From positions 1,056,001-1,120,000 of the forward strand of contig OY969926.1 in the NCBI GenBank assembly GCA_963704645.1: a stretch of 64,000 nt of DNA, read 5' to 3'. Every line of letters starts with the position of its first letter. The first letter of the stretch is position 1. Under the pieces are notes generated by a model. That model made no database searches and was not told the DNA's origin. It saw only the letters and a list, made by a program, of their open reading frames with translations. The position numbers and the translations under genes were made by a program. Positions 31,938 through 42,329 of the stretch are shown here, piece after piece. This DNA is from an uncultured bacterium. Lineage in GTDB: Bacteria; Patescibacteriota; JACMRA01.

Positions 31938-32576
31938 ATGAAATTGCTTTTGAAGAAAATGTTAACATTTATTTTAGCCTTAACCATGCTACTATCTTTT
32001 AGTTTTGGTGGTGGTGTTTCTGTACAAGCCCAAGGCGATGCTGGAAGTGGCCCAAATATAGGGTTTACCGAGTGCAACTTTTCTGGCAAAGATGGAAAGC
32101 AAGGAGCTACCCTAATTCAAAATTGTTTAAGGTCTATTTTTACGTTTGCTTTCGTAATAGCACTGTTTTTAATTGCATTTAGAATTGGTTTTGATGCAGT
32201 GGAAGATTTCAACCCATTCGTAAACGGAAATTCTACTAATGATGCTGTAAAAACTGTATCTGAAGTGGCAATTGGTTTAATTTTAATTGGTGGGCCAGTG
32301 TTGTTTTTGAACACGGTTAATTCTAGTTTGTTAAACTTTAATTTTTTAAACTTAGGCAGCTTAACTTCAAGCAATTCTACAAGTGGAACTCCAGGTAGCC
32401 AATCTAATCAAGGTACAACACAACAATTTAACACAACAGTTACGGATGCAGCACTTAATAACAATGGCAATACTGTTGTAGCTGTAAATATAAGCCAACA
32501 AAATGCTGCAGAATCATTGTGTGCGTTATCACAAAGTAGTTGCGAGTTACTGAAAAAAGGTGGCTCTATTAAATAA
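31938..32576 (+). CDS. Secreted/membrane protein (pilin/TrbC-like topology)
   Basis: Signal peptide followed by two TM helices. Confidence 0.55.
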   Translation: MKLLLKKMLTFILALTMLLSFSFGGGVSVQAQGDAGSGPNIGFTECNFSGKDGKQGATLIQNCLRSIFTFAFVIALFLIAFRIGFDAVEDFNPFVNGNSTNDAVKTVSEVAIGLILIGGPVLFLNTVNSSLLNFNFLNLGSLTSSNSTSGTPGSQSNQGTTQQFNTTVTDAALNNNGNTVVAVNISQQNAAESLCALSQSSCELLKKGGSIK

Positions 32577-32582
32577 ATTCTT

Positions 32583-33194
32583 ATGTTACGCAAAATAAAT
32601 ATTCTAAGTAATCTAAAAAAACTAGCAGTGTTGCCAGTCTTAGTTTTAATACTTTTTAATACTCTTTACATAGTAACCGTTGCTCAAGACAGCAATTCTG
32701 ATATAACACCAGAAAAATATAAAGAAGCTCAAAACACCATTAGTCAGGTGCTTGGTGTTCAGGTATTATGCCAAGAACCATTTTTAAACTTTAAAGCTAC
32801 TCAAGATTGCATAAACTTAGAAATTGGAGGGTTTTTACCAGTTCTAGAAGCTGTAGATGAAGGCTTAAGAAACCAATTAACCCCACTAAGAGATTCTAAT
32901 AAAACATTTTTTGGCCCAATGTATAACCAACAAGAACTTGAAATTTTGCCAATTGAAATTTTGTCTATTCCAAGTCACAAACCTAGCTGCCAGTGGAATT
33001 ACTCTGTTTTACAAACTGTAGGTAAACCTCTTGCCAAACGTTACACAATTGCTTTTGAAAGTTGTGGGCTAGATATTTCATCATACCAATTACTAGAAAT
33101 TAAAAATGGCCAACCTGCCACTAAATTATCTGGTAAAATTGAGACTAGAACTTTATTAATACCGTTAAACCAAACTTTTTACTTAATTGCATAA
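32583..33194 (+). CDS. Hypothetical exported protein
   Basis: N-terminal hydrophobic helix; operonic spacing. Confidence 0.65.
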   Translation: MLRKINILSNLKKLAVLPVLVLILFNTLYIVTVAQDSNSDITPEKYKEAQNTISQVLGVQVLCQEPFLNFKATQDCINLEIGGFLPVLEAVDEGLRNQLTPLRDSNKTFFGPMYNQQELEILPIEILSIPSHKPSCQWNYSVLQTVGKPLAKRYTIAFESCGLDISSYQLLEIKNGQPATKLSGKIETRTLLIPLNQTFYLIA

Positions 33195-33206
33195 TACATT
33201 ACAAAT

Positions 33207-34385
33207 ATGTTTCAGAATTTACAAATAATGTGGCAAGACCCAAATGGCAGGAAGAAAATATTCTTCTTTGTAGGGGTTGGTTTGGGTGTAATTTTGTTAA
33301 TTGCTTTAATAATTAGACTAAACTTTGGTGGAGGTAGCAACACGGCTATTCAAAATGTTAATAGCAATATTACACAACAGATTGGTTACAAACAGGAAGT
33401 AACTACACAAAGTTTTGGAGATAGTCAGGTTCTGGAAAAAATTGATTCATCTAGTGTGTCTTCAGCAAGTGTGGTTTTTTCTGGTTCAAATCAGGCTATT
33501 TATTTGAATGCAGACTTTAAGTTAAGAGTAAAAAATACTGATATTCCAAATTCACCAAGTTTTGCCAACCCAAAAATTATTAATACAGCTGAAGGAGTTA
33601 TTTTAAACGAACCGAACCGAACTACAATTTTACAGCCAAACAATAGTTTTAGAAAGATTGATAATAACTATAGTCTAAATCAATATTTTGTTGTTAGTTC
33701 TGGTAAATTAATTACAAAGTGGGCTTATATATCTTTTGCGAATAATAGCTATACAGTAAAAACGGCCGACGATATTAATTTTAGCAAAGAAATTATAGTA
33801 GCAAACATAACACCTACAATATCAGCTAGAATGGCTGAATTAGTTAATTTTAATCAAAAAATTTATTTAGTTGCTTGGGAAAACATAAACAGACAAGGAA
33901 ACATGGAAGTTTGGCAAATTAAAGAAGCTGGAACACCTGCAATAAAAGTTTTCTCCAAAGCCCAAGTTCAATCTGTAAGCTATGGCTCGGATAGCATGCT
34001 TGTAACAACATTCAGCTTAAAGCCAACTGAATTAACTTTGTATCAAAATACATGGTTAGATTTCAAACTAAATCCAGCTGGCAACCCAACAGATTTGCAA
34101 CTAGATTTTAATTTAAGCCAAGCTAATGTATTTGGTTCACTTCTGGCAGAACGTTGCTATGTAGATTTAGGTGGAAAAGCCTATTGTTTGGTTAAAGAGA
34201 AAAAGGTAACTCAAAATTCTTATGTTAGCAAAGATGTTATTTTGAAAATTGATTTACGTCTGGGTGGTGTTTCTAAAATTCAAGAAAATCTAGCTATTTC
34301 AGCTTCCAACATTTACCTAGATTCCACAGGAGGAATTTACATTGTCTCTCAGGAAGAAAAAATTTTGTATAAGGTAAAGGTTTAA
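33207..34385 (+). CDS. Hypothetical membrane-anchored beta-rich protein
   Basis: N-terminal TM helix and beta-propeller-like composition. Confidence 0.65.
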   Translation: MFQNLQIMWQDPNGRKKIFFFVGVGLGVILLIALIIRLNFGGGSNTAIQNVNSNITQQIGYKQEVTTQSFGDSQVLEKIDSSSVSSASVVFSGSNQAIYLNADFKLRVKNTDIPNSPSFANPKIINTAEGVILNEPNRTTILQPNNSFRKIDNNYSLNQYFVVSSGKLITKWAYISFANNSYTVKTADDINFSKEIIVANITPTISARMAELVNFNQKIYLVAWENINRQGNMEVWQIKEAGTPAIKVFSKAQVQSVSYGSDSMLVTTFSLKPTELTLYQNTWLDFKLNPAGNPTDLQLDFNLSQANVFGSLLAERCYVDLGGKAYCLVKEKKVTQNSYVSKDVILKIDLRLGGVSKIQENLAISASNIYLDSTGGIYIVSQEEKILYKVKV

Positions 34386-34553
34386 TTTAAGGGGAAAGGT
34401 AATTCACGAAAGCTGTTGCAGGGGGATATCAATAATCTCATTTTTAATAAGTGGAATTATAGTAAAAGTGAGGCATCACCCAAGCATGAATTAAAATCCT
34501 ATAGAGTCATTCACTCATCCTGAAGTTGCTTCGGAGTCTAAATTGAGTGTTGC

Positions 34554-34690
34554 GTAGGGGAAACATTTATGCCCCCAGGTACCACGAGGAAGTAAAACAC
34601 ACTAAACCTAAGAGTTTTCCAATTGCAATATTGATAAATTATAGAAATAAACCACAATCCAAAAAGGAGATGGTAAACATCTCCCCTACA
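34554..34690. repeat. Inverted pair of GTAG-type REP-like elements
   Basis: gtaggggaaacatttatgccccc at 34554 and gatggtaaacatctcccctac ending about 34689. Confidence 0.55.
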
Positions 34691-34694
34691 GTGA

Positions 34695-36518
34695 TTAACT
34701 TGTTTTCCCCTTCCACCAAATACCGAAGCCCCAAGTGTAATCATCTACTTGGAAACCTAGGCTTGCAATTTCATTTCTGTATTCATCACTTTTGGCAAAA
34801 TCTTTATCTGTCCTAGCAATTTTCCTTAGATGTCCTAACTCCAAAGCTTTATTGTATTTTAAAAAATCTATGTTTTTCACAGAGAATAAATTAAGCTGCA
34901 AAAAGTTTTCATCGAAGTAAATTAAATTAGCCAGCTCATTTTCATTTAAACTATTATTTTTTGTAATAGAATTAACTTGTTCCAACAAAGTATTCTGGTA
35001 TAACTCTAAGAATTTTGGAGTATCTAAATTGTTAGCTAAAACTGCCATCCACTCAAGGTTTTTTGTTGATAAATTTGGAGATTTAGGAAATGTATCTGCC
35101 TTAGTCTGGCTGTTTTCCCAGAAAGATTTTAACTTTGCAGCTTCTTTTCTTAAATTGAACAGCCTATTTTCCGACTGGGTAAGTTTGTCCCAGGTAAAGT
35201 TCATCTGGTCTTGGTAATTATGTTCTAGTAGTAACAATTTAAAAGCCAAAACATCGTAGTTTTTCTTAGAAAAATCCCATAGAATATAGGAATTACCTAA
35301 ACTTTTACTCATTTTAGCTCCGTCAATTAATAAGTGTTCCCAATGAACCCAGTTTTTAGACAGATGAAAACCTAAAGCTTCAGACTGCAAAATTTCATTT
35401 TTATGATGAATGGGAATATGCTCAATCCCCCCTGTGTGCAAATCTATTTCATAAGAATAATTGGGGTTATCACTCGATTCTAATTGAGATGTCTGAGCTT
35501 GAACTCCACAATTTTCAGCAGAAATTTCTTCAACTTTATGTATGAACAATTTTGAGTTTGAATTGAATCTTTTTTTACCAATAATTTGGCTTATCATAGT
35601 TACACATTCGCCGTGCCAACCAGGGCAACCCCATTTAAAATCTATAGCTATAGGGTAAATTAATTTAAAAATTTCTTTTGATTTTAAGCTGCTAAAAGCG
35701 TATGGAATATTACCTTTTTCAATTTCTTCATTAAAACTATCTGAACCAATTCCAAGTTCCTGGCTAATTTCTACAAAAAGTTTTGAAGCTTCTGGATATT
35801 CGTTAAATCTCCATTTCTGCAAACTGTTTTCGGAAACAAATTTCCACAAAGCCGCATCGTGAGGATGTCTTTTTTGAGTTTGAACAATATCTCTTCCTGT
35901 AAAATTAGAATCTCCCTCACCCTCGGTTTTGGCAAAACTGGTAACAAGTTCAAGCTCGTCATTTTTATTAGAGTTATTCGATGTTAAAACCTGATTAGCT
36001 AAGGTGTCATAATAAATTCCGTCATCAGTAAAATAAGCTTTTTTCTGCTTAACTAATTCTAAAGCTAACAGCATTTGCTCTTCAATGTATTGACTAGCCT
36101 TGGGCATTTTTTCTCCAAAAGGAACTTCAAAGTTCAAACTTTTAGCTTGTAATAAATAATCGTCTAAATAAAATTGCACTATTTCAGCCACACTTTTACC
36201 GTCTCTTTTCGCGCCTTTCTCCATTTTGTCTTCACCTTCGTCTGTATCTTCATTTACCAAGTGACCAACGTCAGTGATATTCACAACCCAATCAACTTTC
36301 CAACCTAAAACTTTAGCTAATTTAGAAAAAGTATCGTTGAACCACAAAGCCCGCATATTACCAATATGTTGGTAGCCATAAATTGTAGGGCCACAAGAAT
36401 ATAGTTTTATATTATCTTTTTCAACTGTAGAATTGGGATCTAAACTAAAACTTTGTTTTTTGTAACTATCAAACAAGGTTATTGGCAAAGGCTGCATAAT
36501 GTATATATTCAAGAACAA
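34695..36518 (-). CDS. cysS: Cysteine--tRNA ligase with insertions (start probably 36497)
   Basis: YSCGPT.Y...HIGN, NITDVGH, ALWK, PGWHGEC, HHKNE, KMSKS. Confidence 0.96.
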   Translation of the reverse strand: MFLNIYIMQPLPITLFDSYKKQSFSLDPNSTVEKDNIKLYSCGPTIYGYQHIGNMRALWFNDTFSKLAKVLGWKVDWVVNITDVGHLVNEDTDEGEDKMEKGAKRDGKSVAEIVQFYLDDYLLQAKSLNFEVPFGEKMPKASQYIEEQMLLALELVKQKKAYFTDDGIYYDTLANQVLTSNNSNKNDELELVTSFAKTEGEGDSNFTGRDIVQTQKRHPHDAALWKFVSENSLQKWRFNEYPEASKLFVEISQELGIGSDSFNEEIEKGNIPYAFSSLKSKEIFKLIYPIAIDFKWGCPGWHGECVTMISQIIGKKRFNSNSKLFIHKVEEISAENCGVQAQTSQLESSDNPNYSYEIDLHTGGIEHIPIHHKNEILQSEALGFHLSKNWVHWEHLLIDGAKMSKSLGNSYILWDFSKKNYDVLAFKLLLLEHNYQDQMNFTWDKLTQSENRLFNLRKEAAKLKSFWENSQTKADTFPKSPNLSTKNLEWMAVLANNLDTPKFLELYQNTLLEQVNSITKNNSLNENELANLIYFDENFLQLNLFSVKNIDFLKYNKALELGHLRKIARTDKDFAKSDEYRNEIASLGFQVDDYTWGFGIWWKGKTS

Positions 36519-36862
36519 ATTAGAAAATTGGGCAAGTAAGTTCTAATGACTGGTACATCTTAGCCCCTCAAAATTTGAGCCACTTCGCTGTAATATAATT
36601 TATGAATTAAAACCACAATTATAGGAATAACAACTAAGTATATCCCAACAAACAAACTTCGTGTGAATTTTGAATGGTGCTTGATTTCTAGAACAATTAT
36701 TCTATGCCTATATTAAGCAATGGAAAGATACGTATTGGTTTGAGGATTACCATTTTGTCAGCAAAATAAAGTATATATTTTAAAGGGAGAATAGTCGTTA
36801 GGGTTTAGACTTGGTCACAATAACCTTTGACATTTCCCCTGCGTATAAGGAACTATTAAATT

Positions 36863-38344
36863 ATGAACAAACTTAGATTAAAAACGTGGCACTACGTCTT
36901 TGCTTTTGTAGCATTGTTTTTTGTGCTTCTAATAGTTTTAGCTTATCAAAATAACCCACTTTTAGGTTGGGGCTGGGAAGGGCAGTTGTATTGGAATTTT
37001 TATACATATATTAGCCAGGGGCAAAAACCTTTTGTTAATTTTTTCATTGAATACCCTCCAATTTCGGTTTATTTTATAACTTTACCAGTATTATTAAGCA
37101 GAACCTTAACACAGCTTGAATACCTAGCAACTTTTGTTTTTATTACTTCTGGCTTGGCTCTATCGGTTCCATTTATTTTAAATTGGGCAGCAAAAAAAGT
37201 TTCACACAAAAATTTAACTGAAAAATCGGATTCAAAAGATTTAAATAGCGGTCAGGTATCTAAAGACGATACACTAAGTTTGAATGAAGAGGAAGATATA
37301 GAAGATAATAATATTTCCAATGAAAATATAGCCGCAAAGAATTATATCTTGGAGGGAAACATAAACTTCTGGAATTCAGCGTATTTGCTTTTACTGCTTC
37401 CAGCTTTTACATTAATTGTAACCAGATATGACATTTTTCCAGCCTGGTTAAGCTTAGTTGCCATTTGTGTCTGGATTGTTAGTTTAAAGAAATCGGGATG
37501 GATTTTGCCAACATTGGTTTATACATTTTTAGCATTAGCAACATTTATAAAACTGTACCCAATATTAATAATTTTAGTTCTAGCTGTGTTAGATTTATGG
37601 AGAAGGAAATGGTGGAATATAGGAATTGCAGTTGTCACTTTTATTGTGGTGTCTATTCCAAGTATATATTTAGCAGTAAATGGGTCGCTAAGATTTCAAG
37701 AATTTGTAAACTACCAAACAGTGTCTAGAGATTTACAAATTGAAAGTGTTTATGCCAGTGCAGCTTTTGGTTTAGAAAAATTAAACTTAGTTGAACCAAG
37801 TAAAGTTATCCTTCAAAATGGATCTTATGAACTTACTAATAATTACGCCAAGAGCATAGCCAAAGTAAATTTCCACATTTTAGCTGTAATTTTTATTGCA
37901 AGTTTTATTGCCATATTATTTAGGTTAAAGCCTTGGGGCGATAGTAGTTTCAAGGTAATTAAGTTTATTACTCCAAGCTACCAACAGCTGGTTAATTTAT
38001 CTGTTTTGGGAAGTCTGTTTGCAGTATCAACTTTTTTATTATGGAACAAGGTTATGTCGCCACAATATCTTGTTTGGGTTGTAATAATGTTACCTTTATT
38101 AAGTTTTGTTCCACTTGAAATGACCTCAAAAGTTAAAATATTTTGGAATTGGTTTATAATACTATTTCTTACTTTTTTAATTTACCCTCTAAATTACAGT
38201 GGTATGTTCAATCGTGAAATTGCCAGCGTTGTAATACTTTTAGCTAGAAATATACTTCTAATTTGGTGGTGGTTTTGGTTATTAAAAACTATGCTTAAAT
38301 TTTCCAAAGCTGATAAAAGTTTAGATCTCCATTTTTATAAATAA
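36863..38344 (+). CDS. GT-C membrane glycosyltransferase (GT87-like)
   Basis: EYPP, RYD, KLYP, QIES, NKV.SPQYL.W motifs; multiple TM helices. Confidence 0.82.
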   Translation: MNKLRLKTWHYVFAFVALFFVLLIVLAYQNNPLLGWGWEGQLYWNFYTYISQGQKPFVNFFIEYPPISVYFITLPVLLSRTLTQLEYLATFVFITSGLALSVPFILNWAAKKVSHKNLTEKSDSKDLNSGQVSKDDTLSLNEEEDIEDNNISNENIAAKNYILEGNINFWNSAYLLLLLPAFTLIVTRYDIFPAWLSLVAICVWIVSLKKSGWILPTLVYTFLALATFIKLYPILIILVLAVLDLWRRKWWNIGIAVVTFIVVSIPSIYLAVNGSLRFQEFVNYQTVSRDLQIESVYASAAFGLEKLNLVEPSKVILQNGSYELTNNYAKSIAKVNFHILAVIFIASFIAILFRLKPWGDSSFKVIKFITPSYQQLVNLSVLGSLFAVSTFLLWNKVMSPQYLVWVVIMLPLLSFVPLEMTSKVKIFWNWFIILFLTFLIYPLNYSGMFNREIASVVILLARNILLIWWWFWLLKTMLKFSKADKSLDLHFYK

Positions 38345-39530
38345 GAATAAGCTGGTTGCTTAAATAATCTAAATAGCCACCTTCTACACTTGTTTCTTTT
38401 CTATTTATATCTACAGGATATTGCTCTATAGTTGAACTTTTATCTAAGTCAATAATTGTAACCATCCCATCTTTTCCTGCAGATAAAATATAATTAGTAT
38501 TAGATATTGGGTTGAAAACAGTAATTGGCATTGTATGCTCTGTTTTTATGGTATTTTTTAAGTTAAGAAAATCTTTATCCCAGACCTGAACTTTATAGGC
38601 TTTGCGATCAATGTTAGATAATTTGCTTAAATTTACAGCAACTTTTTCTTCAACTTCAGTAATAACATAGTTTTGTCCGTTAAAATTATGCATTGAAGAT
38701 ATTTTTTCAGACGAACTTTTGTTAAATATTTCCAAACCTTTCGAATTGTATGAAAGCATATTCAAACTATCTTTAGAAACAAAAATAGCTGCTTCTTCAT
38801 TTTCACCAAAAAATATTGTTTTAGAAGCTGGTAACTTAAAATTACCAATTACGTCACCAGTGCTTGCATTCCAAACCACTGCCTCAGACATATTATTGTC
38901 TCTTTGAAACAAAGCCCAAAGCTGATTGTTTTCTGGCCAATATTTAACTGTAGTTAAAGTTAATTGCTTTAGATTATCTTCTATTTTAAATTCTTCTAAA
39001 GTTACCTTGAAGCTACTTGCACTGTCTTTAATAAATGCTGGAATATTTTGATTAAATTCAACATATTTTAAATTTTCTCCATTCAAAAACCAATAGCTAT
39101 TGTCAGCCAATGTAGATTCTTTAGAAGACTTTATTAAATTCCAAACCTGACTTTCCTGTGGAGTTGAAGAATTGTCAGAGTAGGAATTAATTAAAACTTT
39201 AGTATTATCTAAAGACCTTGTTATAAAAATTTCTGAATTTTGAGAAAGATCAAAAGCCGATTCATTCCTGTTTATATTTATTAACTTTATTTTATTGCTA
39301 TAGTTAGGGGAAACACCATAACCTAAAAGCTCTCCATAATAAGGAAGAAAAGTATTACTTAAATTAACTTTAGAACCGCCAAAACTTGTGTAAACTACCA
39401 ATCCAATAACTAAAAGTGCAACAAGAACAATAGCCTGCAACAATTTATTTAAAAATGCGGAATACTTAGAATGAGTTTGTATCATTTTGTGGATAATTTT
39501 TAATTTGGCATAGTATAATTTAATGCACAA
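38295..39530 (-). CDS. Membrane-anchored WD40-like beta-propeller protein
   Basis: N-terminal TM; VWD, ILSAGKDG.V.IID, VVWNA.TG repeats. Confidence 0.65.
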   Translation of the reverse strand: MCIKLYYAKLKIIHKMIQTHSKYSAFLNKLLQAIVLVALLVIGLVVYTSFGGSKVNLSNTFLPYYGELLGYGVSPNYSNKIKLININRNESAFDLSQNSEIFITRSLDNTKVLINSYSDNSSTPQESQVWNLIKSSKESTLADNSYWFLNGENLKYVEFNQNIPAFIKDSASSFKVTLEEFKIEDNLKQLTLTTVKYWPENNQLWALFQRDNNMSEAVVWNASTGDVIGNFKLPASKTIFFGENEEAAIFVSKDSLNMLSYNSKGLEIFNKSSSEKISSMHNFNGQNYVITEVEEKVAVNLSKLSNIDRKAYKVQVWDKDFLNLKNTIKTEHTMPITVFNPISNTNYILSAGKDGMVTIIDLDKSSTIEQYPVDINRKETSVEGGYLDYLSNQLILIYKNGDLNFYQLWKI

Positions 39531-39600
39531 GATTTGTCATGTTTTAAGTTTTTAAATATACTATGCTCAATACAACTTTGCCCTCAAAAATTTTTAATTT

Positions 39601-40371
39601 ATGACAACAACAGATTCTGCCAAAAAACTTCAAGATTTAAGGGTTTTCCATGTTGGAATAGGGCTTGTTCTATTTCTACAAGGGCTTTTAATTTGGTTAT
39701 TAAGTTCTAATTTTAGTTTGCCAATTACTACATCTTATCTTCAAAAAGATATTGATTTAAGCGTACTTGTTCCTACAGTTCAGCAAGTTGCAAGAATAGA
39801 AGTTGGGAATTTAGTTGTAGTATTCATGCTTATTGCCGGTCTTTCACATTTAATCATTGCTCTGCCTGCTGTGTTTGCCAGATACACCAAATATATAGAA
39901 ATCAACAAAAACCCATTTAGATGGATTGAATATGCTATAACAGCACCTATTATGATAGTTGTTTTGGGGTTGTTAACAGGAATATTTGATTTAACAACAT
40001 TAATTTTACTGGTTGGAAGCACTGCTTCCATGATATTATTTGGAAGTTTAATGGAAAGCATAAATGGAGGTAGAAGAAAGACTAACTGGCTACCTTTCAT
40101 TTATGGGTCTGTTGCGGGAATTCTTCCTTGGTTAATTATTTGGATGTACATTGTGGGAGCTAGAGAAATTAGTTTAATCTCGGCAGCAATTATTTTCGCA
40201 TTTTTTAGTTTAATGTTATTCTTTGCACTTTTCCCAATAAATTTATTTTTGTACTACAAAAAAATTGGCCCATGGAAAAACTATGAATTTACAGAAACTA
40301 TGTTCATAATGCTAAGCCTAGTTAGCAAATCCGCCCTAGCCTGGCAAGTATTTTTGGGTATTTTGGGGTAA
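39601..40371 (+). CDS. Heliorhodopsin
   Basis: Seven TM helices, NPFRWIEY, MILFG..ME, PF..G..AG..PW and the retinal lysine motif LSLVSKSALAWQ. Confidence 0.93.
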   Translation: MTTTDSAKKLQDLRVFHVGIGLVLFLQGLLIWLLSSNFSLPITTSYLQKDIDLSVLVPTVQQVARIEVGNLVVVFMLIAGLSHLIIALPAVFARYTKYIEINKNPFRWIEYAITAPIMIVVLGLLTGIFDLTTLILLVGSTASMILFGSLMESINGGRRKTNWLPFIYGSVAGILPWLIIWMYIVGAREISLISAAIIFAFFSLMLFFALFPINLFLYYKKIGPWKNYEFTETMFIMLSLVSKSALAWQVFLGILG

Positions 40372-40455
40372 GGCTAGAATTAATGTAAATTGCTACATAA
40401 GGAATATATTTAACTTTGACCTATCATATTTTGTATGCTTTTATTAGAAGGCTAA

Positions 40456-40854
40456 TTGCAAATTTATAGGAGAAATATATTGAAAGATCTAACCTATACA
40501 GGAATTCCTCAAGGTAAAAGACTTGAAGTAGAATTGAATTTTCCTCATCAAGAAATAGAGTTTGGAACTGAAACTTTATTTTCTGTAATGCCAAAAACTC
40601 ATAAAATTGTGTTGGATCCAAATTTTTCTTACTTCAACCAAGAAGAAAATCATTGGGGCTTTGATCTCGAAAAACATGAAAATCTATATGAGAACATATT
40701 TTTCTTAGCTTTTTATTTGAAGGCTGAGACTATAAAACCTGGTGATAAGTTTCAACTTCCAAATGTTTCATATTATCCTCGTGGAATTTCAGGTGGGAGA
40801 TGTATACCAATATCTTTAGATGTTGAAATACTTTCCACGTGCCTAATTGACTAG
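40456..40854 (+). CDS. Hypothetical protein
   Basis: 132-aa ORF followed by a terminator at about 40866-40896. Confidence 0.55.
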   Translation: MQIYRRNILKDLTYTGIPQGKRLEVELNFPHQEIEFGTETLFSVMPKTHKIVLDPNFSYFNQEENHWGFDLEKHENLYENIFFLAFYLKAETIKPGDKFQLPNVSYYPRGISGGRCIPISLDVEILSTCLID

Positions 40855-40945
40855 CAACCGTTTAGTTACCCTTCGTGTCTGGAGGGTGATTTTTTATGGC
40901 AAAAATTAAAACCGCTTACGCGGTGATTTTATAAAAGTTTTATGA

Positions 40946-41033
40946 TGGCGGAGACGGGGGGATTCGAACTCCCGATACCTTGCGGTATACTCGCTTTCCA
41001 AGCGAGCGCACTAGGCCACTATGCGACATCTCC
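40946..41033 (-). tRNA. tRNA-Ser (anticodon GGA), CCA encoded
   Basis: Reverse complement GGAGATG...CTCGC-TTGGAAA-GCGAG, long variable arm ATACCGCAAGGTAT, GTTCGAATC, CGTCTCC-GCCA. Confidence 0.96.
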
Positions 41034-41141
41034 AAACCTTTTCAATTGATTTATTTTTGTTGGAATTAGTCAAGGGCTTTATATAAATTGACCAAAGCAC
41101 AGCTTATCCGATACGACCGAAACTTTCGAGACTGTCACCCT

Positions 41142-42221
41142 TGTATATGTCATAAATTTCAGTGACAGAATTTAAATCTTCTTTTAGATTATTTCTGTTA
41201 AATTTTTAACAACATATATTCTAACATAATATGCGTTTAAATGATAATACTTTAACCAAGAATTACCTTAGACATATGAAACAATTAGTTCAAGAATATG
41301 AATTAATTAAAACAAGGAAACATCCTAGATATGTATTTGTAAATGAATTCTACAAAGCAAATAATATAACTAGACAAAACTTCATCAAATATTACAATAG
41401 GTATAAATTAGTTTCTATGGATAGTAGTTTAATTCCAAAGAAAAGAGGGAGAAAGTTTGGTAGTTTAAAAAGTATTCCTTTCATACAGAATAAGATTATT
41501 GAACTTAGAAACCAAGGATTTGGTAGATATGAGATACACGATTTCCTTTTACCTAAGTATGGTAAATATACTCCTTCACCTACGACTATTTACAATATAC
41601 TATTAAAGAAAGGATTGAATAGATTAGATCCAAGAGTAATTCAAACTAACAAAAGAAGAATCATTAAAGATAAAGCAGGAGAATTAGGCCATATGGATTG
41701 CCACAGACTAGCCAAAGGAATACTGGAGGGTGAAAAGAATGAATACTTTCTACTAAGCTTAACAGATGACTTTACTAGAATAGTTATGACCATACTAATA
41801 CCTAATCTGCAAGCTCTAACAGTTATGCTTTATACTCAAAGATTATTAGCAGTATTCAATAGATGTTACAACATAGATTTTCAAAGTATATTAACAGACA
41901 ATGGACCCGAATTTGGAAGGAAAGAAACAAAAGAAGAAAACAAACAAAACCATCCATTTGAAAGATTACTGTTAGAATACAACATTAAGCATAAGTACAC
42001 TAGAGCCTACAGGCCACAAACCAATGGTAAAGTAGAAAGATTCTGGAGAAGTTTAGAGGAAGAATTACTTAGAGAGCAAGTATACCCAGATAAAGAAAGT
42101 TTAGAAGAAGAATTATTTGAATATTGTTGCTACTTCAACCATATTAGAAGACATCAAGGTATTGGTAATATTACTCCCTATGAGAAACTTAATTCTGTCA
42201 CTGAATAAGTTGACATATACA
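41142..42221 (+). mobile_element. IS481-family insertion sequence, copy 2 (1080 bp), inside repeat family A
   Basis: Same ends as copy 1; flanks ACCCT (41137-41141) and ACCCC (42222-42226); at least three synonymous differences from copy 1. Confidence 0.93.
41231..42208 (+). CDS. IS481-family transposase
   Basis: Protein identical to 18216..19193. Confidence 0.93.
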   Translation: MRLNDNTLTKNYLRHMKQLVQEYELIKTRKHPRYVFVNEFYKANNITRQNFIKYYNRYKLVSMDSSLIPKKRGRKFGSLKSIPFIQNKIIELRNQGFGRYEIHDFLLPKYGKYTPSPTTIYNILLKKGLNRLDPRVIQTNKRRIIKDKAGELGHMDCHRLAKGILEGEKNEYFLLSLTDDFTRIVMTILIPNLQALTVMLYTQRLLAVFNRCYNIDFQSILTDNGPEFGRKETKEENKQNHPFERLLLEYNIKHKYTRAYRPQTNGKVERFWRSLEEELLREQVYPDKESLEEELFEYCCYFNHIRRHQGIGNITPYEKLNSVTE

Positions 42222-42329
42222 ACCCCGAATTTATTTCAGGGTCTAAATGGTGAGGTGGCTATCCATGTTACAAAACAAGACAACCCTACTTAAATTGACA
42301 ATCACTATTCCTAAAGACAAATTCATAAT

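Noticed and set aside
19283-41141. Inversion between the two inverted IS481 copies as the cause of the split genes
   Set aside because: Flipping the segment does not bring either pair of halves together.
40946-41141. tRNA-Ser as an integration site for an island
   Set aside because: No integrase and no duplicate of the tRNA 3' end noticed; the adjacent IS targets repeat A, not the tRNA.
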